Origin: Azolla caroliniana
Taxonomy: Eukaryota > Plantae > Polypodiophyta
Reading direction: 5' to 3'
DNA: 64,000 bases
Assembly (NCBI GenBank): GCA_043228905.1
Contig: JBHGNT010000001.1
Span: 4,216,001-4,280,000, forward strand
Shown: in pieces, positions 12,549-26,550 of the stretch
How positions within the stretch are numbered: the stretch's first letter is position 1
Layout of the letters: every line of letters begins with the position of its first letter
Notes under the pieces: model-generated
What the model was told of the DNA's origin: nothing
Seen by the model: only the letters and a program-made list of their open reading frames with translations
Database searches by the model: none
Program-made: the position numbers and the translations under genes

Positions 12549-13554
12549 TGATGATGATGATACAGCTAACAAGACTGTTTCTTCCGCCCTGTTTAGGCTC
12601 GGCTTCTTTCTCTTAGGGTTTCCTTAAACTGTATTGTATGGCATTCATGAGAGAGAGAGAGAGAGAGAGAGAGAATGGTATGGAGGTTGGATTTGAAGAG
12701 GACCGAATTTTCTCAAACAATTAGACAGAGCGCATGTGTGTCTGTCTAGACTCTATACACAGAATGGGTCCTTTTCTTCAACATATGTATGTATGGGACT
12801 GGAGAGGGGCAGGGTTTAGGGTTGGGGGGGTGTAATTAAATGACAGAGGGTCATTGTATTTGGCCTCAGATCAATTATTAATCGAGATCACAGCAAGATC
12901 TACAGAGAAAACAGAAGGGATACACAGAGAGAGAGAGAGAGAGAAACAGAGAGTTGTGAGTGAGAGTGAGAGTGATGAGAGAGATGCACACACTGAGACT
13001 GAGAGAGAAGATTTGGAAGATCACATACATACATACACAACACACTCTTTTATAAAAACCTTGTGTCTAATGGCATATCATATACATATATATGTATACA
13101 TACATACATGATACATACATACATACACATAGACAGAAAAAGACAGTCCATGAATGAAGAAAGGAACAGAGACTCTTAGAGAGAGAGAGAGAGAGACAGG
13201 TCATCATTCTTGCTGCTTCTTCTCCTTCCTCCTCCTTTTGTGTCCACTGTCTACAGACCACCATTCACATTTCAAACCAAAAAAATCTTTCACCTTTTCT
13301 GTCTCATTCTCTCTCTGTTTTTTTTTTTTTTTTTTGGCCTTTTCAAACCTCCTCCTCTGTTCTTTGCCTCATTATTGCATGCCCACATTTCATTACTCTC
13401 CCCAACAATTCAGCTGCCCATCCACTTCCTTACCCATTAAATCCATCCACTCTCTCAACGCCCTTACCCTATCTGTGTGACTCTAGACCATCCCTTTGCA
13501 TTATCCATGTTTATGTATACATATATGTATCTAATCCAATGTAATGTAATGTAG

Positions 13555-13670
13555 TGTATGTATGTATGTATGTATGTATGTATGTATGTATGTATGTATG
13601 TATGTATATATGTATGTATGTATGTGTGTGTGTATATATGTAACTATGTATGTATGTATGTATGTATGTA
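13555..13670. repeat. (TATG)n microsatellite block
   Basis: Long GTAT/TATG run interrupted by (TG)n. Confidence 0.95.
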
Positions 13671-16097
13671 ATGTATATATGTACGAGTCACTCCCATACT
13701 ATCGAAGCTCCCACTTGGAATCCTCACGCTAGCGTCAGCCTACCTTGTTTATATATAATATTATGCACATAGGTAAGCTCGTAAGCGCTCACCCGCAACC
13801 TCAACGATGCCATCAACCTGCTTGTTATGTTTGTCCACATCTTCATGTGTTATAATGCACATAAATGCAACACTAGGATATATATTTGGTCATTTGCACT
13901 TTGAGCATTGAACCTTTGAGATGTATGATGGCACCATATCCCCCCGATAGCGTTGTGTAACCCTAGCACTTGAATGAAGGTCATAATGTTGTGGCATGGC
14001 GTGACATAGAAGTCATTGGTGGGAGTTATTTCTACCTCTAAGTTGACAAGGGATTTCATCGTAACCGAGCTTTTCAATGTCACATTGAACCTAATTGATG
14101 ATATATGTAGCTTGAAATTCTACAAAATCTTAGAGGGTATATTGTTTTACTTTGGCTCATAGGCATTCACTATATGGTTGTTCTATAAAAAGACTGGTTT
14201 CACCGCAACAACAATACCCTTTGTTATTAAACACCTCCAACATGACAATAATGTTCACACATCATATTTGCTATGCCAAGAAACACTTATATTACCCAAG
14301 GAAATAAAGTGAACTAATTGTAGAATGTGGAAAACAATAGAGGTAACATGTGAGCAACCAACAACTTTAGGTTTGTGAAGACATTGGCTCTTGATAGGCG
14401 TGGAATGACTATAGATGGCTATACACTTTCCAACTATAGTGTTAGATGGAATTGACTCCTATCTATGTTACCTCTTTGTCATGTAATGCTACATGTCGAC
14501 ATGAACACATTGATTGCTTGGATCGTGTATTCATTGTTGATTGTGCCACATTAGAGTCTATTCGTATACCATGCCATTTCCATACCTCCTTATTCCTAGC
14601 ATTGGAACGGTGCTAGAGGAGAGCTCAAGTAATGCAAGAAATGAATCTTCTTATATTTAAATAACCTTACCATAGTTGGCATACATAGGTCATTGTTATC
14701 AACAACACTAAAAATCTTATATTAGTATGAGAGATGATATGATTATATTACCTTTGATGTATGGAATGCACCTTTTTTCATTTAGATACAATGAACGCTC
14801 TCAAGTTTAGGTAATAAGCTATAGCAACAATGCCTTTGGATCAAGCAAACAATTAACATACTTCACATAATTCGAAATGTGCCAAGATAATTAAGAAACA
14901 AACAAGTTGAAAACATAAGAGCTAAAGAGAAAAGGGTTCAAAATTCATTATTACACACAATATAAAGGAACATCTAATGTGGATGAATGTGGAAGGAAAC
15001 CCTTATGATATTTATGAAGTGCAACCAACTTTAGATGGACAAGCTATATATTAGGTAGACTACATGATCATCTTTCTTCATTGTCACCAACATCTAATCC
15101 GAAAGGAAAGATGAAAACTCAAAAGTGAATGGTTTAATAAGGCAAAGAGTTCTGAAAAGGTAGTAAATTAGAGATCTTGCGAAAACACAAAAGTATATGT
15201 GTTAAATCTCAAGAGGATCTCAAAGACAAAATGGATACCAAGCATCAATACAAATTTTACTGCAAAAAGGTGGGAAGTTCCAATCACAATTCAGTAAGTA
15301 CTTTTCGATGATGAAATATGAACATGACAATGATCCTTATGTTGACTATTTAATAAGGTCATTGCAATACTATTAGCCTCTATAAATACAAAGCATGGAC
15401 TATACATTAGTCAAAGGAGTAATATGTGCAGTAATGGCCTTCAGATTTAGCAAAATCAACGTCCTTGCTAAGCCCAATAAAACACCCGAGATTGGAATTT
15501 GGTATCATTCATGTAGCTTTATGTTTTAATGGCCTTTATTTAATTCCGTGATACATAGAGAGTTCACAAAAGAATTAGTGCATAGGAGTCTTATCGAGTT
15601 AACATCTGAACAAATCAAATGACTGATATGTATTAATTTATATAGGAAATGAGCACATATGCATGTCTCTCTCCCTCGGCTCACTCTCACATGTGTAACT
15701 AGTGTACACATGAAAGAACTACTCTACACTCCGTAGGACTTTCATCTAGTTGACATTAAGATAAATGGAAAAGAATATATTATACGACTATTATTTACGT
15801 ACAGAGAAATCGCTTGCCCTCCCATTCCCACTTCTTCTTTGAACATGTAACATTTGAACCCTATGCTCTAGATCATTCTCTCACTACCTTGCACTTTCTC
15901 TATCTATTGGACATGCAACGTTCAAAGTCATGGTCTAGTAGCTTTTCACAGAAATTGTATCAGTAGTCACCTTGAAATGAACAAGTGAAATTTGTACTTG
16001 GAAGTTGGAGATGAGTGTCATTCATTAAAATCGGTAAAAGGTAAAACTACAAGTGGGGTTTAATATACGAGGGAATCGCTCTCCACTTACATGCACA

Positions 16098-16101
<4 letters not shown>

Positions 16102-16165
<64 letters not shown>
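16102..16165. repeat. Compound (CT)n(AT)n microsatellite; a second compound (AG)n(TG)n lies at ~16417-16475
   Basis: Read directly from the sequence. Confidence 0.95.
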
Positions 16166-16412
16166 TAGACATGCAACATTTGAACCCGTCACCCAATATA
16201 TCCGTCTTTCTTATCCTACATTCAAGCAAGTAGTGCCAGGAGCACCTCGAGATGCACACAAGCAACATTCTTACTTGGGAATTGGAGACCAATGTGTGAA
16301 ACATTTAGTAAAAGTTGAAACTTACAAGGTTAAGTTTTTGGTGGGGTGTTGACCTTAGATCAACTCATTTTGCGTATAAGACACGCTATATATGTTGACC
16401 ATGCTATCTACC

Positions 16413-16479
<67 letters not shown>

Positions 16480-19400
16480 TTGAGAGCACGTTTACTTTTA
16501 GCCTTATATCTCTCTCACATGCATTGTAATGAGGAAAAAAACTATCTTCTAATTATTACTAAGTGACTCCTCTCATGCATGACATGAGTAGCACAAAATT
16601 ACGACTATAGAATACCACACATATGTTTTTTAGATAGGTATCTTGTTTACTCATGACATTTTTCACCTACTTCTAGATGTATATGTATGTAGTGGTAAGA
16701 CTTTTCATCCACTCGATCGTGGAAATCGCATAGAGAAAACGGTCTTCCATTCATATGTATTTGATCATCAACAAAAGTAAAAGTTAAAATTTTAATATAA
16801 TTTTGGACATATACACCTTACAATCTTGGATCAAGTTTCTTGTGATATGAGGCACCTTTTGTCTTTGACAATGCTCGTGTGCAGTATAGTGTTATGGATG
16901 TGTTCCTTTATTGATGTTCATATGAGGTTCCCTTTCCATGCATGAAATAAAAATGCCACACCTTTATAGGATTTTTATTATTCTCTTTACACATAAATTT
17001 GATCTTGCAAATTTGACAATTTCGTATAGGATTGACCTAGGCACCCTTTTCCTCCATATTGGCAAAATTTCTGACATGGATAGCCTAAGATACCCTTCAA
17101 ATCAGAGCACCTTGATCCTCGCTGCATTCATCCACTACTTATTGTCCTTCCCCATTTTAACAGCACCAAGGCATCAAGTTTCTAATTTCAACATATCTTC
17201 AATTTGATTTTTACTTGAACCTATTTTGGAACTGAAACAATTTCCTTGCTATTGAAATTCCCCGCTCTCTCTCACGAGAAAATGATGAATCACATGTGGT
17301 TACAACCTCGAGTGGTGAAGAAGAGACTCTCATATAAGTTATAACGATCTTTTTTGGTCCCATAGGTCATTGTCATCTCCTAAGACTAATTTACAAAGCC
17401 CTATACCATCCAACCCCAAATGAGACATCCCCCTTTCAAATTTCTAGATCATCAAGAATCATGTATAATACATAGGTATCTTATGCTTCCAATTTTCCAT
17501 GATAACAATAACATACCCCATATGTTATTATTTCCAATCTTGGTTTACATCATTTCCATTCGAGCTTGAAAATAATAAGGATCGTGGTCTATCCCGAAGA
17601 ATCATAAGCATATACTTAACAACACATCCTATTTTATTCTTCTTTTATATCATGGTTCACTATCACTATTTATGACCATCATGGTTCATTATCACTATAT
17701 GTATATGATCTTAAATAATTCTTGTTCAACTTCCATACAATTCTATTGGTTCTATTTTATTATGATTTTACCTTTACATTTAATATATATTTCTTTCTTT
17801 TTCTCATTTCTTTACATATTTTCTCGAGAATGTCCCTTGTTCTTATTGACATGACCGACCCAATAAGAAACATGTTTTATTCATGCATATTCACTATGGG
17901 TTTGTTAAACAAATATGCAAGGCTTGGGCTACCCACTAATCAAGAATAATTTGCTTGTATTTGCTACATATAAAAATAATGATTGTGTAGATTTGTATCA
18001 TAAATAATCAAAACCTTCTAGAATTGGAGACATACTATTTCTTCACAAGAGAAGCACAATAGGATCGACGACATGTTGTGGTGTGTTGAATCCATCTCAT
18101 TCGTGCACATGTGACATGTGCATGGTGTATCTATATCTTCGATCCATTGTGTGTCCATATTGTGGTCAAATGAATGATTGCTACAAATGTATGGGCCTAA
18201 TTCTAGCCTATGTTTATCACATGGCGCCTTGCGTTAACTCCAGGGATGTCGAAAAAAGAAAGAAAATCAAGCTTCCACAATTGCATTTCCACATTTTCAG
18301 TAATAAGCTACTTAAATCCCTTTTATTAATGAAAGCTACAAATGATGCCACTACAACTCGATGATAAATAGATACACTTGTAAGAGCTTTTTTCCCCCAA
18401 CAATGGTTTATATTAAACACCTCTAAGAGCATTCTTTCCTAAATGCTTAATAAAAAGCAAAGAAAGGTTTCTCTATGCATAGTTTTCAAGTACATAATAT
18501 ATACTAAGGTGCATCTTTCTTAAAAAATAAATAATAATAAAAAGCAAAGAAAGTTATAGATCCACCTATAAGGTGCCTATTTGTTTGAGTAGCTTTGTTC
18601 AATAGCCAAAAACAACACAACTTGTTACCTTACACGCCCAAATGAATGGCTATATCTCTTGTCATGCCAATGCCCCAATAGTGGGGGCTTTATTTATTTA
18701 AATATAGGGGGCATTGTGGTCGGACTTTATGTATTTTCCGAAAGGCAATCTATCACAAGTGATTCACTTATGTATAAAAATATAAACATGCAAAAATCTT
18801 ACATGGCTTACTTTTTCAAACGTATATAAGTAACTGCATGACAACGAAATAGACAATTGTTTACAATACATCCAAGAATTGTAGCATCCAAAGCATGTAT
18901 GGAGAGCTTTCTTGTTGTTAATTAGCTTATATGTGTGTGGGTCAATCTCAAGGTTCAATATTCCATGTCATCATCATGCTCCATATAAAAAAAATGTAAA
19001 CCCTTCATTAATGTAAAAAATGTAATGAAGACTGCAAATGCAAATGCCTTTATGTCATCGAAGTTAGAGTACATACATCCGTCCAACATATATTGATCAT
19101 GCTCCTATAGAAATCATGAAATATTTTTGTTCTACATTTCGCCTTAACTTCTCAAGAGATTTCCAACTATTGCAATGTATGAAGATTAGATATGGCCATC
19201 CTTGTTTATTAGTTAAAGGTAATTTTGAATAACATTTTCAATTGTGCTTTGACCATGGAACTATGAGCTGCTAGAGTTAACTTTCCTTCGCAAGTTACAT
19301 GGTCTCAAGTATGTCCTTTTGAGATTCTTGGTTCTCAATCACGGCGATGAACAACATTCGAGTATAGATGAAGCACACATTGATAGTACATCTGACTGTG

Positions 19401-22400
19401 AGGTGCTAAACTTTAAAGTAAGAACTACTTTTGTAGGTCCTCATATTTTCTCCATCAGAGTAGCAAAGCGTCGTTTTTATTATGTGAAGTCTTATCGACA
19501 ACAACATGAATATGATGTATAAAAGATGATTTGAGCTTTGAGAGGACAAGTTTGACAAAACATAATGACAAAAAGGGAGACCGTGTTCTTATCATTACAC
19601 ATCTCTCTTCTTTGAAATTTTTGGTCTCTCTTTCACATCTTGTAATATTCTTGTCGAGATCATGAAATCTTTTACTAACATCATGTCCATCATCTTTTTT
19701 TTTACGATCATATGTACTCATTTCGCACATACATAATAAGAATCCCAACATATGCTTATTTGAGATAGAACACATTTCTTTTAGATGTATACAACGTCAA
19801 GTAACCACTTGTATGAATACCTAAAATTAGCCTAAAATCGATTTAACAAACACATACAACGACAAAGCTAGAAAACTATGCACATAGGGAGATGTTGGTT
19901 TATAACTTTCACGAGGAAGAAGTGTTGATCTTTAAACTTTTAGGTTAGCATGCCAACTCTCCAAACACTAAGAAGGTTTATGCATCTATAGAAATAATTG
20001 CTTTGAATTTCCCTATCATAAGTCTTGGTAGAGCATTAAATCATCTTTGCTTTTTAACAATGGCCCTAAATTCTCCTTTAGAAAGCCTTGAATAAGAGCG
20101 AATTGTTTAAACAATAGTCAAAAGTCTATATGACGGAGCAAAAGAAACATGGGTTAAAGCGACAAAGGGGGACAAAGTGTTCTTTTGAAGTCGGGAGCCA
20201 CGAAGAAGAGTTGTAATCTTTTGGACTTGGATTTTTGTAACTTAAAAGACATGGAGATTTGACAGATTGTAAGGGGGGCTCTGTGCCAACTTCCAATGTT
20301 CTTTCGATGGTCTTGCTTGATATAAGATTGCCCATTCTTTTGAATCTAGATACCTTATTTTTCCAATGCAAAAAAATTAAGGAAATGAGGGTCACTAAAA
20401 GGCATTACATGCAAAGCACAGTGTGCGAACTTATTGATGATGCAACGTACAACGTGCAAACATGTGGATGATGATGTTGTATAGCGTGCAAATATATCCA
20501 TGAAGTAACATTTGAACCAATTTGAGAGAGAGAGGAGAACAACATAGTCACAAACTATGAATATTAAGTAGATTTATTATTATAAGAATAATGCATGATT
20601 TTCTTAAGGAAATATAATGTCAAACAAAGGGTGTAAAAATCATGCCCTCAGTGTGAAACCGAGACGGGCAAAGGAACTTCAAAAAAGAACTTTTAGAAAA
20701 CTCGTGTAAACCTTTGTACTTTCTGAAGGTCACTAACTTGTAGTTATATAAAGTGCACACGGTCTACCTCTATGTATTATGGAGCTCCCCAAAGTTCTAT
20801 GCAATTAAAGTACCCAAAGATTTTGAAATTTCATTTGAATTGTTAGAGCCAAGTGAATCATAACCCCCCCCCCCCCCCCCTTTCGAGCATCTTGGAGCTT
20901 TTTCATATGCACGCATGTGTCTCACCTCTCAAACCCCTTTGATTGAATCCTAGGATGTAGCCCCATGTATGTGTCTCGTTGTGATGAGCATAGTTTTGGC
21001 AAACAACTTCCGATTCATATCGGTTCCTTAGGTTCCGCCCCCTCAGACAATCCCAATATGTTTGCCATATCTCTCATGACATCAGTGGGCACAATTATGC
21101 CTTATTTTTTCAAATGTGTCTACAACATTACAAGCTCTAGTATTCCCTAGTATAACACCACCGATGTTTTTTTCTTTCTACTATGTTAACTCCGACACTA
21201 ACAAATATATTTGGACATGAATTTATCTTCACAATGAAATATATTTAAAATCTATGATTTGGTTAATATATATGTTTGCATAGTTTTTTGGGGAATCTCG
21301 TTTAAAGACATGCAGTTGTGTGCAAATATGCATATGTATTTATTATGTGCTAAAAGAGATAATGAAAGCATCACCTCATCTAAATAAGCCGTATGAGAGA
21401 CTTCAACCAATTGCTAATTTATATTACTAAGCTCGTATGTGAGTTGGACTAACGACTCCATGGATGACAAAAAGCAAGATGTACTTCCATTCATTTAACA
21501 TTTATCTTTTTGTTCTAGACCGATCAAAAGTCTCTTTGTCATCAAGGTATAATATCTTTAAATGCTATGTAAACATCGTGTGATGTTGTGATCAACATTT
21601 TCTCTTTGTTACATTAAGGCTGTGTGCGCTACTCTCTCAAAATGGGTTCGATGTAAATTCCATTACAAAATCTATCATGAATTTTGTTTTACTGTGTGTT
21701 GGCTTTGCACTATTAAACTTGACATGTTCATGGGCTTGAAGTAGTACTGACAATAAACTCTTGTCAATGCTTTTGTGCAAGGTAATACACTTTGTTGGTG
21801 TATATAAATAGAAATCAAGATGTTTAGGAAGGAAAATAATGAAAATTTATATGTACTTATATCTAATGTATCTTATGCAAAAGGATTAATATCTAAGATA
21901 ACATTTATATTAAAGGAAACGTTAAGTTATAATTTGTTTCTAGCATAAGCAAGGATTATAGGATTCAAATCATTATTTTTTAGTCAATAACCGCCATACC
22001 CTATGATTTTCATCGTATCTCACATTCCACTTCCATTGTCTCTATGATACATTGTGTGTAATAAATAGTGCATCCTATCCTCACTTGCTTGCAATAAAGT
22101 ATCCATATAAGAAAACATTATTCATGTTGCCCCAACAATCTTTCTTTGAGTTTGATGTAGCAAAACCTTATTTTGATGGACAAGAGTCTTCAATAAATAA
22201 AACTAAATTATATGAGGTGAAAAGTGGGGTAATACAGTGTGGTAGATGTAATTATGCATCAAAGTTTATCATAGTTGATACCATAACACAAATTCTTGAT
22301 AATCTCCAATTGATCATTGTGTTTGTACAACCAAAACTTTTGATGTTGCTATATGTTGGTGCCTTGGTTGTTGTGAGTGTTGATTCAAGCAATTACAAAT

Positions 22401-22857
22401 CAAATTTCTCATGCACGGATCGCACTACCTTTTACAAAATTAAATTTGTTGCAATACATTATGACATTAGAATATAAATACGCAACAAATATTTTAAGTT
22501 GTGTACATTTTACATTGAAATATATGTGCTAGATAGACAAAACGCTTTGAAAATTAGAACCTAAACATTAATGAAGATTCTAGATGCTAGTTACAAATCA
22601 CGAGAATATTCGAATGAAAGTGAGGGAAATGCACAAAATGTAAGGCATGCATTACGCATAGAGCAAAAGCGTAAGAATTGAACTATTATAGAGCCTACAA
22701 ATTTGATGGTAGTTATTAGTGATCCAAAGCAATGCCTAAGTGAGTGGTGGATTGTATCAAACGTGTGACGTAGATGATTGGATTGTTAAAAATGATCAAT
22801 ACTTAAAAAAATCTTGGCGCATACGTTTCCCAATTCATCTAAGTTTTAACAAGGCTC

Positions 22858-23250
22858 AAATATGGCAATTGGTAAGTAGTATTACAATTTGGTATATTTG
22901 GAAGGCTCGATGTTTGAAGGTATTTCAAAATGTGACAGAAAGACCTGCCCAAATAATTTCGGGAATTTGGATAGAGATTGTGCATAATCTCAGAGGGATT
23001 TTGGATAGTGTAAAAGGTAATACGTGTCAAGCGGAGCTTAGGCGTGTGGAGTTTCATGCCATTTGGGACATAGGTATATTTTATAGATGGCGTTTTGATA
23101 AGGTGGAGTGGTTCTACTCAACACCAAAGTGTTTATTTAAGCCGATGGTTAGAATTTAGGAAAACATAGGGGATCGGTGGTATATCTTGTATGTTTAGCC
23201 TTATGGAGTTTTCTAATACTAATGCAATATCTTTTTTTGGAATAAAAAAA
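22858..23250 (+). mobile_element. 5'-truncated L1-type LINE insertion (3' end of ORF2, 3' UTR, A-tail) with 17-bp TSD
   Basis: Encodes IWQLVSSITIWYIWKARCLKVFQ...W, the W-x-IW-x-x-R-x-x-x-x-F motif of plant L1 ORF2 C-termini. Ends in AATAAAAAAAAA. Flanked by AAGTTTTAACAAGGCTC (22841-22857) and AAGTTTTAACGAGGCTC (23251-23267). Confidence 0.88.
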
Positions 23251-26075
23251 AAGTTTTAACGAGGCTCTTAGTCGAATGTTTACTTGCAATGGTTGGGTGA
23301 TGGAATGCGTGTGACTTGTGACATTTAAAACACACTCTTTCTCTACATCTCAATCAAATTAAGTGATAATGTATATTGCTATCAGAAACAACAATTTAAG
23401 GTTAAAAACACAATAGCTTATATATATGATACCCATTGTTTAAATAGTTAAGAAAGCAATGAAGAGTTTTCCCCAATCAATTTGTTAATGAAAACATCAT
23501 GGTTGTTGGAAATCAAAGTTGAAGAATACAAATAAATCTCGATTATTGTCTTCACCATATTGAATGTATAGTTATCCTTGTCAAAATTGTCCTAGGAATT
23601 GAAGGATGACTCTACTTGTTGAAAGGGACTAATGGATTTTGTCAATGTGTTGCCATGCAAATTATCCATTGTGAATTCCCACAATAACTACAAACGAGGT
23701 TAGTTTCAATTTTATGATGCCTAAACATTGCCATCATAAAAAGTTAATTATCCGTTAAGTTAGACAATCCATAGTTTGGCGCAAGAAATGCTAAATTGAT
23801 ATAAAGCAAATGGAGGATTAATTGTACTTACATGGAAGTAGAAAATATCAATGTTTGAAAGGACATAATTTCATCATCTATTGCACATATTTTATGATAA
23901 TTTTAGTTGGATTGATATTCATAATATGTGCGACACATAATGATTTGTGTGCCATTGAATTACAAATTTCTATTGTATTATGTTCGATTTTGTTAGATGT
24001 TTGGATACTAATTGTTATAGCCAAGTGGACATATGATAGTGTCTTGACTTTGTGTTTGAGAAGCATGCGCTCGTGATTGTATTTCTAGTACAATTTACTA
24101 TTCTAATAGTACCTTTTTATGTAAATTGCCGACTTTCCATTGCATTGCAAATATTTCAACGACAATACTCATTATAATGATTGCCCCTTTATTCCATCAA
24201 GTCACTCCATTAGAGATCATGACCACTTGAAATACTTCAGTGTCCCCCTTTTCACTGTTTTCTTTCATAGTCATTAATTGATTCATCCCCAAGTTCAACA
24301 ATACAACCAAAATGTTGACTCTCTTTTCAATTGGCAATCAAGTTTTCATCCATACATGCGAAATCATCAATGCACAATGAAGTATATTTATATTGGTGTA
24401 TCATATCACTAGGGGATTAATTGCTTGAGACGTCACCTATCAGAGGATGGTTTTCATACTCATGTATGTAAAACAAGGTTCCCCAAATTGGTCTAACTAT
24501 CCACATCTCAAAACATGGAGGTTAGGGATCTCAAGTCTAGCCAACTTCAACCAAATTCACAATATGGTACCACCTTTCGTGTCATCATATATTGCATAGA
24601 GGCACACTTGTAATGCATAGATGATGCATGTTCTAGTCACAAACATACATGTGAGTGACTTTCAAAATGGGGAGATATAAGAGAAGCAGAATCATATTTC
24701 AAGAATTTATGTCCCCAATCATAGGCATGATATCCTCTATCCCATTAAAGGCTTTTGAGACATGCATTTGTATTGTCATCGTCATTGTCCATTCATAGTT
24801 TTGCTTTTAATTGATTATTTGTTGTTTTCGTATTGAAGGAAGAAACACAAACTATCTTCGCTTGGTTTCTCATGATGCAAACTACATCCTCCTTTTTCCA
24901 ACGGTCTCCATTTGATGTAAATGCAATCTAAACTCTGACACAATATTAGATTGGATGTGAATAGATTATGAGAAGTACGATCTAATGATGAAAACAACTT
25001 GAGGAACCTTTTAGATGGTAGTAAAACCCCCATGAAGCTTACTGTCACCACTTGGGAAATTCTATAAAAGTGACGAAAAATCTATTGCAGATTTTGAACT
25101 TGCTATGATTTGGTTTAACATATAGGAATCTAGATCCACTCTTGAACAAATAATTAACACCTTGCACCCCAAAAACCGGTGTCCCTTTTGGTATTCCTTT
25201 ATTGATGTTAATTGAAAGTAATAAATAATATAGGGTTCTCATCCTAGAAACGTCATTACACCACTAGCAATTTCAAGCCTACTTCAACACTAAAACCCAA
25301 TAAGCTTCCAAAGTCTTATTCATCTGACATACTAGTAAAGCTAATAAAGCCAATATGATTCCTATTGGTTTCTCCATATCATGAAATTGAATTTCAAGTT
25401 CTCCACAAAAAAATATAATTATTTGAGTAAGGCAAGTCACCAAATATATGTTTTCTTTTCTTCATTAGAGCAAAATTAGATGAAATGCAAGACATATATT
25501 GTTCTATATGCCATCTAATAATAAGACACACATGAGGAGTTAGCAATAATTTACACAACCAAGATGTAAAGAGTCCTCAAATATTTGAATGAGTGAGGAT
25601 TGTGTAAGAAAAGTTGATCTCTTTATCTACCAACTTATCGTATCGGTTCATTTCGTTTTTTTGGTCTTGGATCAACAATAGGAAGTGATGATTGACACCA
25701 TTATAAATAAGTGGGCTTAAAGAGAAGCATATTATTTAATCATTGCATTGAGGAATTAAAGAGTATAAGAGTTTATACAACTATTTGCAAAGTATGAACC
25801 AGAATCTAAATTGTCGAGGATATACAAACCTTGTGCATATGCATAATCTCTTTCACTACCTTCACTTGAACATTTATCGGGTAACTCGTCCCTAGGACTC
25901 CTTGAAGGCATGTGATTCAACATACTTTTGAAACTTGCACACATATATGAACCTTTCCTTTCCAATGTGTTTTTCAAAACATCAACAATGTCCTTTTAAC
26001 TATGTTTAAAAGCTCAAGCATCAAGTTACAATACATTTCTTTGTTGAGCTCCATGCCTACAGAACTTGGGTTGAA

Positions 26076-26273
26076 ATGCCTCCCTTTCACTCAATCATTT
26101 ATTAGGAGCTTCTGCGAAGTAAAACATAACAATGTCAATAGATCTAGGGACGTCCTTGGTGACCCAATTGAGATATGCCTCCCTTTCACTCAATCATTTA
26201 TTAGGAGCTTCTGCGAAGTAAAACATAACAATGTCAATAGATCTAGGGACGTCCTTGGTGACCCAATTGAGAT
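26076..26273. repeat. Perfect 99-bp tandem duplication
   Basis: ATGCCTCCCTTTCACTC...GACCCAATTGAGAT at 26076-26174 and 26175-26273. Confidence 0.93.
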
Positions 26274-26550
26274 CAACAAGGACAATGCTTGTGAATGGAA
26301 TTTAAGCGGAACAAAACTCAGGGGTATCCGAGAGGTTTTATTCATTGAAACCGAGTTTGTTGTAGATGTCCATGTAGTTTGGATGATCTCTCTCTCTATA
26401 TATAAAACCATAGGGGCATTTCGGGAAATAAGAGAAAACACAGGGGTATTGGAGAGGTTTTATTCTTCGAAATAGAGTTCTGTAGCGATCGATGTCTAGA
26501 GACAGACAGAAGCATACACAAACGCACAGGACGAGGACGAGGATTAATTA

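Noticed and set aside
14100-15400. Possible Mutator/FAR1-like transposase remnant (FYCKKVGSSNHNS, zinc-knuckle-like, at ~15255-15295)
   Set aside because: Only one degenerate motif and no TIR/TSD or sustained frame. Needs tBLASTx or RepeatMasker to call.
16500-22700. Short ORFs and apparent TE debris
   Set aside because: No assignable motifs or element boundaries.
22740-23159. 139-aa ORF as a host gene
   Set aside because: Chimera of flanking DNA and the truncated L1 ORF2 end; starts at GTG.
23300-26475. Possible retroelement or transposon remnant, including the 157-aa ORF at 26002-26475
   Set aside because: The ORF length is inflated by the 99-bp duplication, and there is no convincing domain motif.
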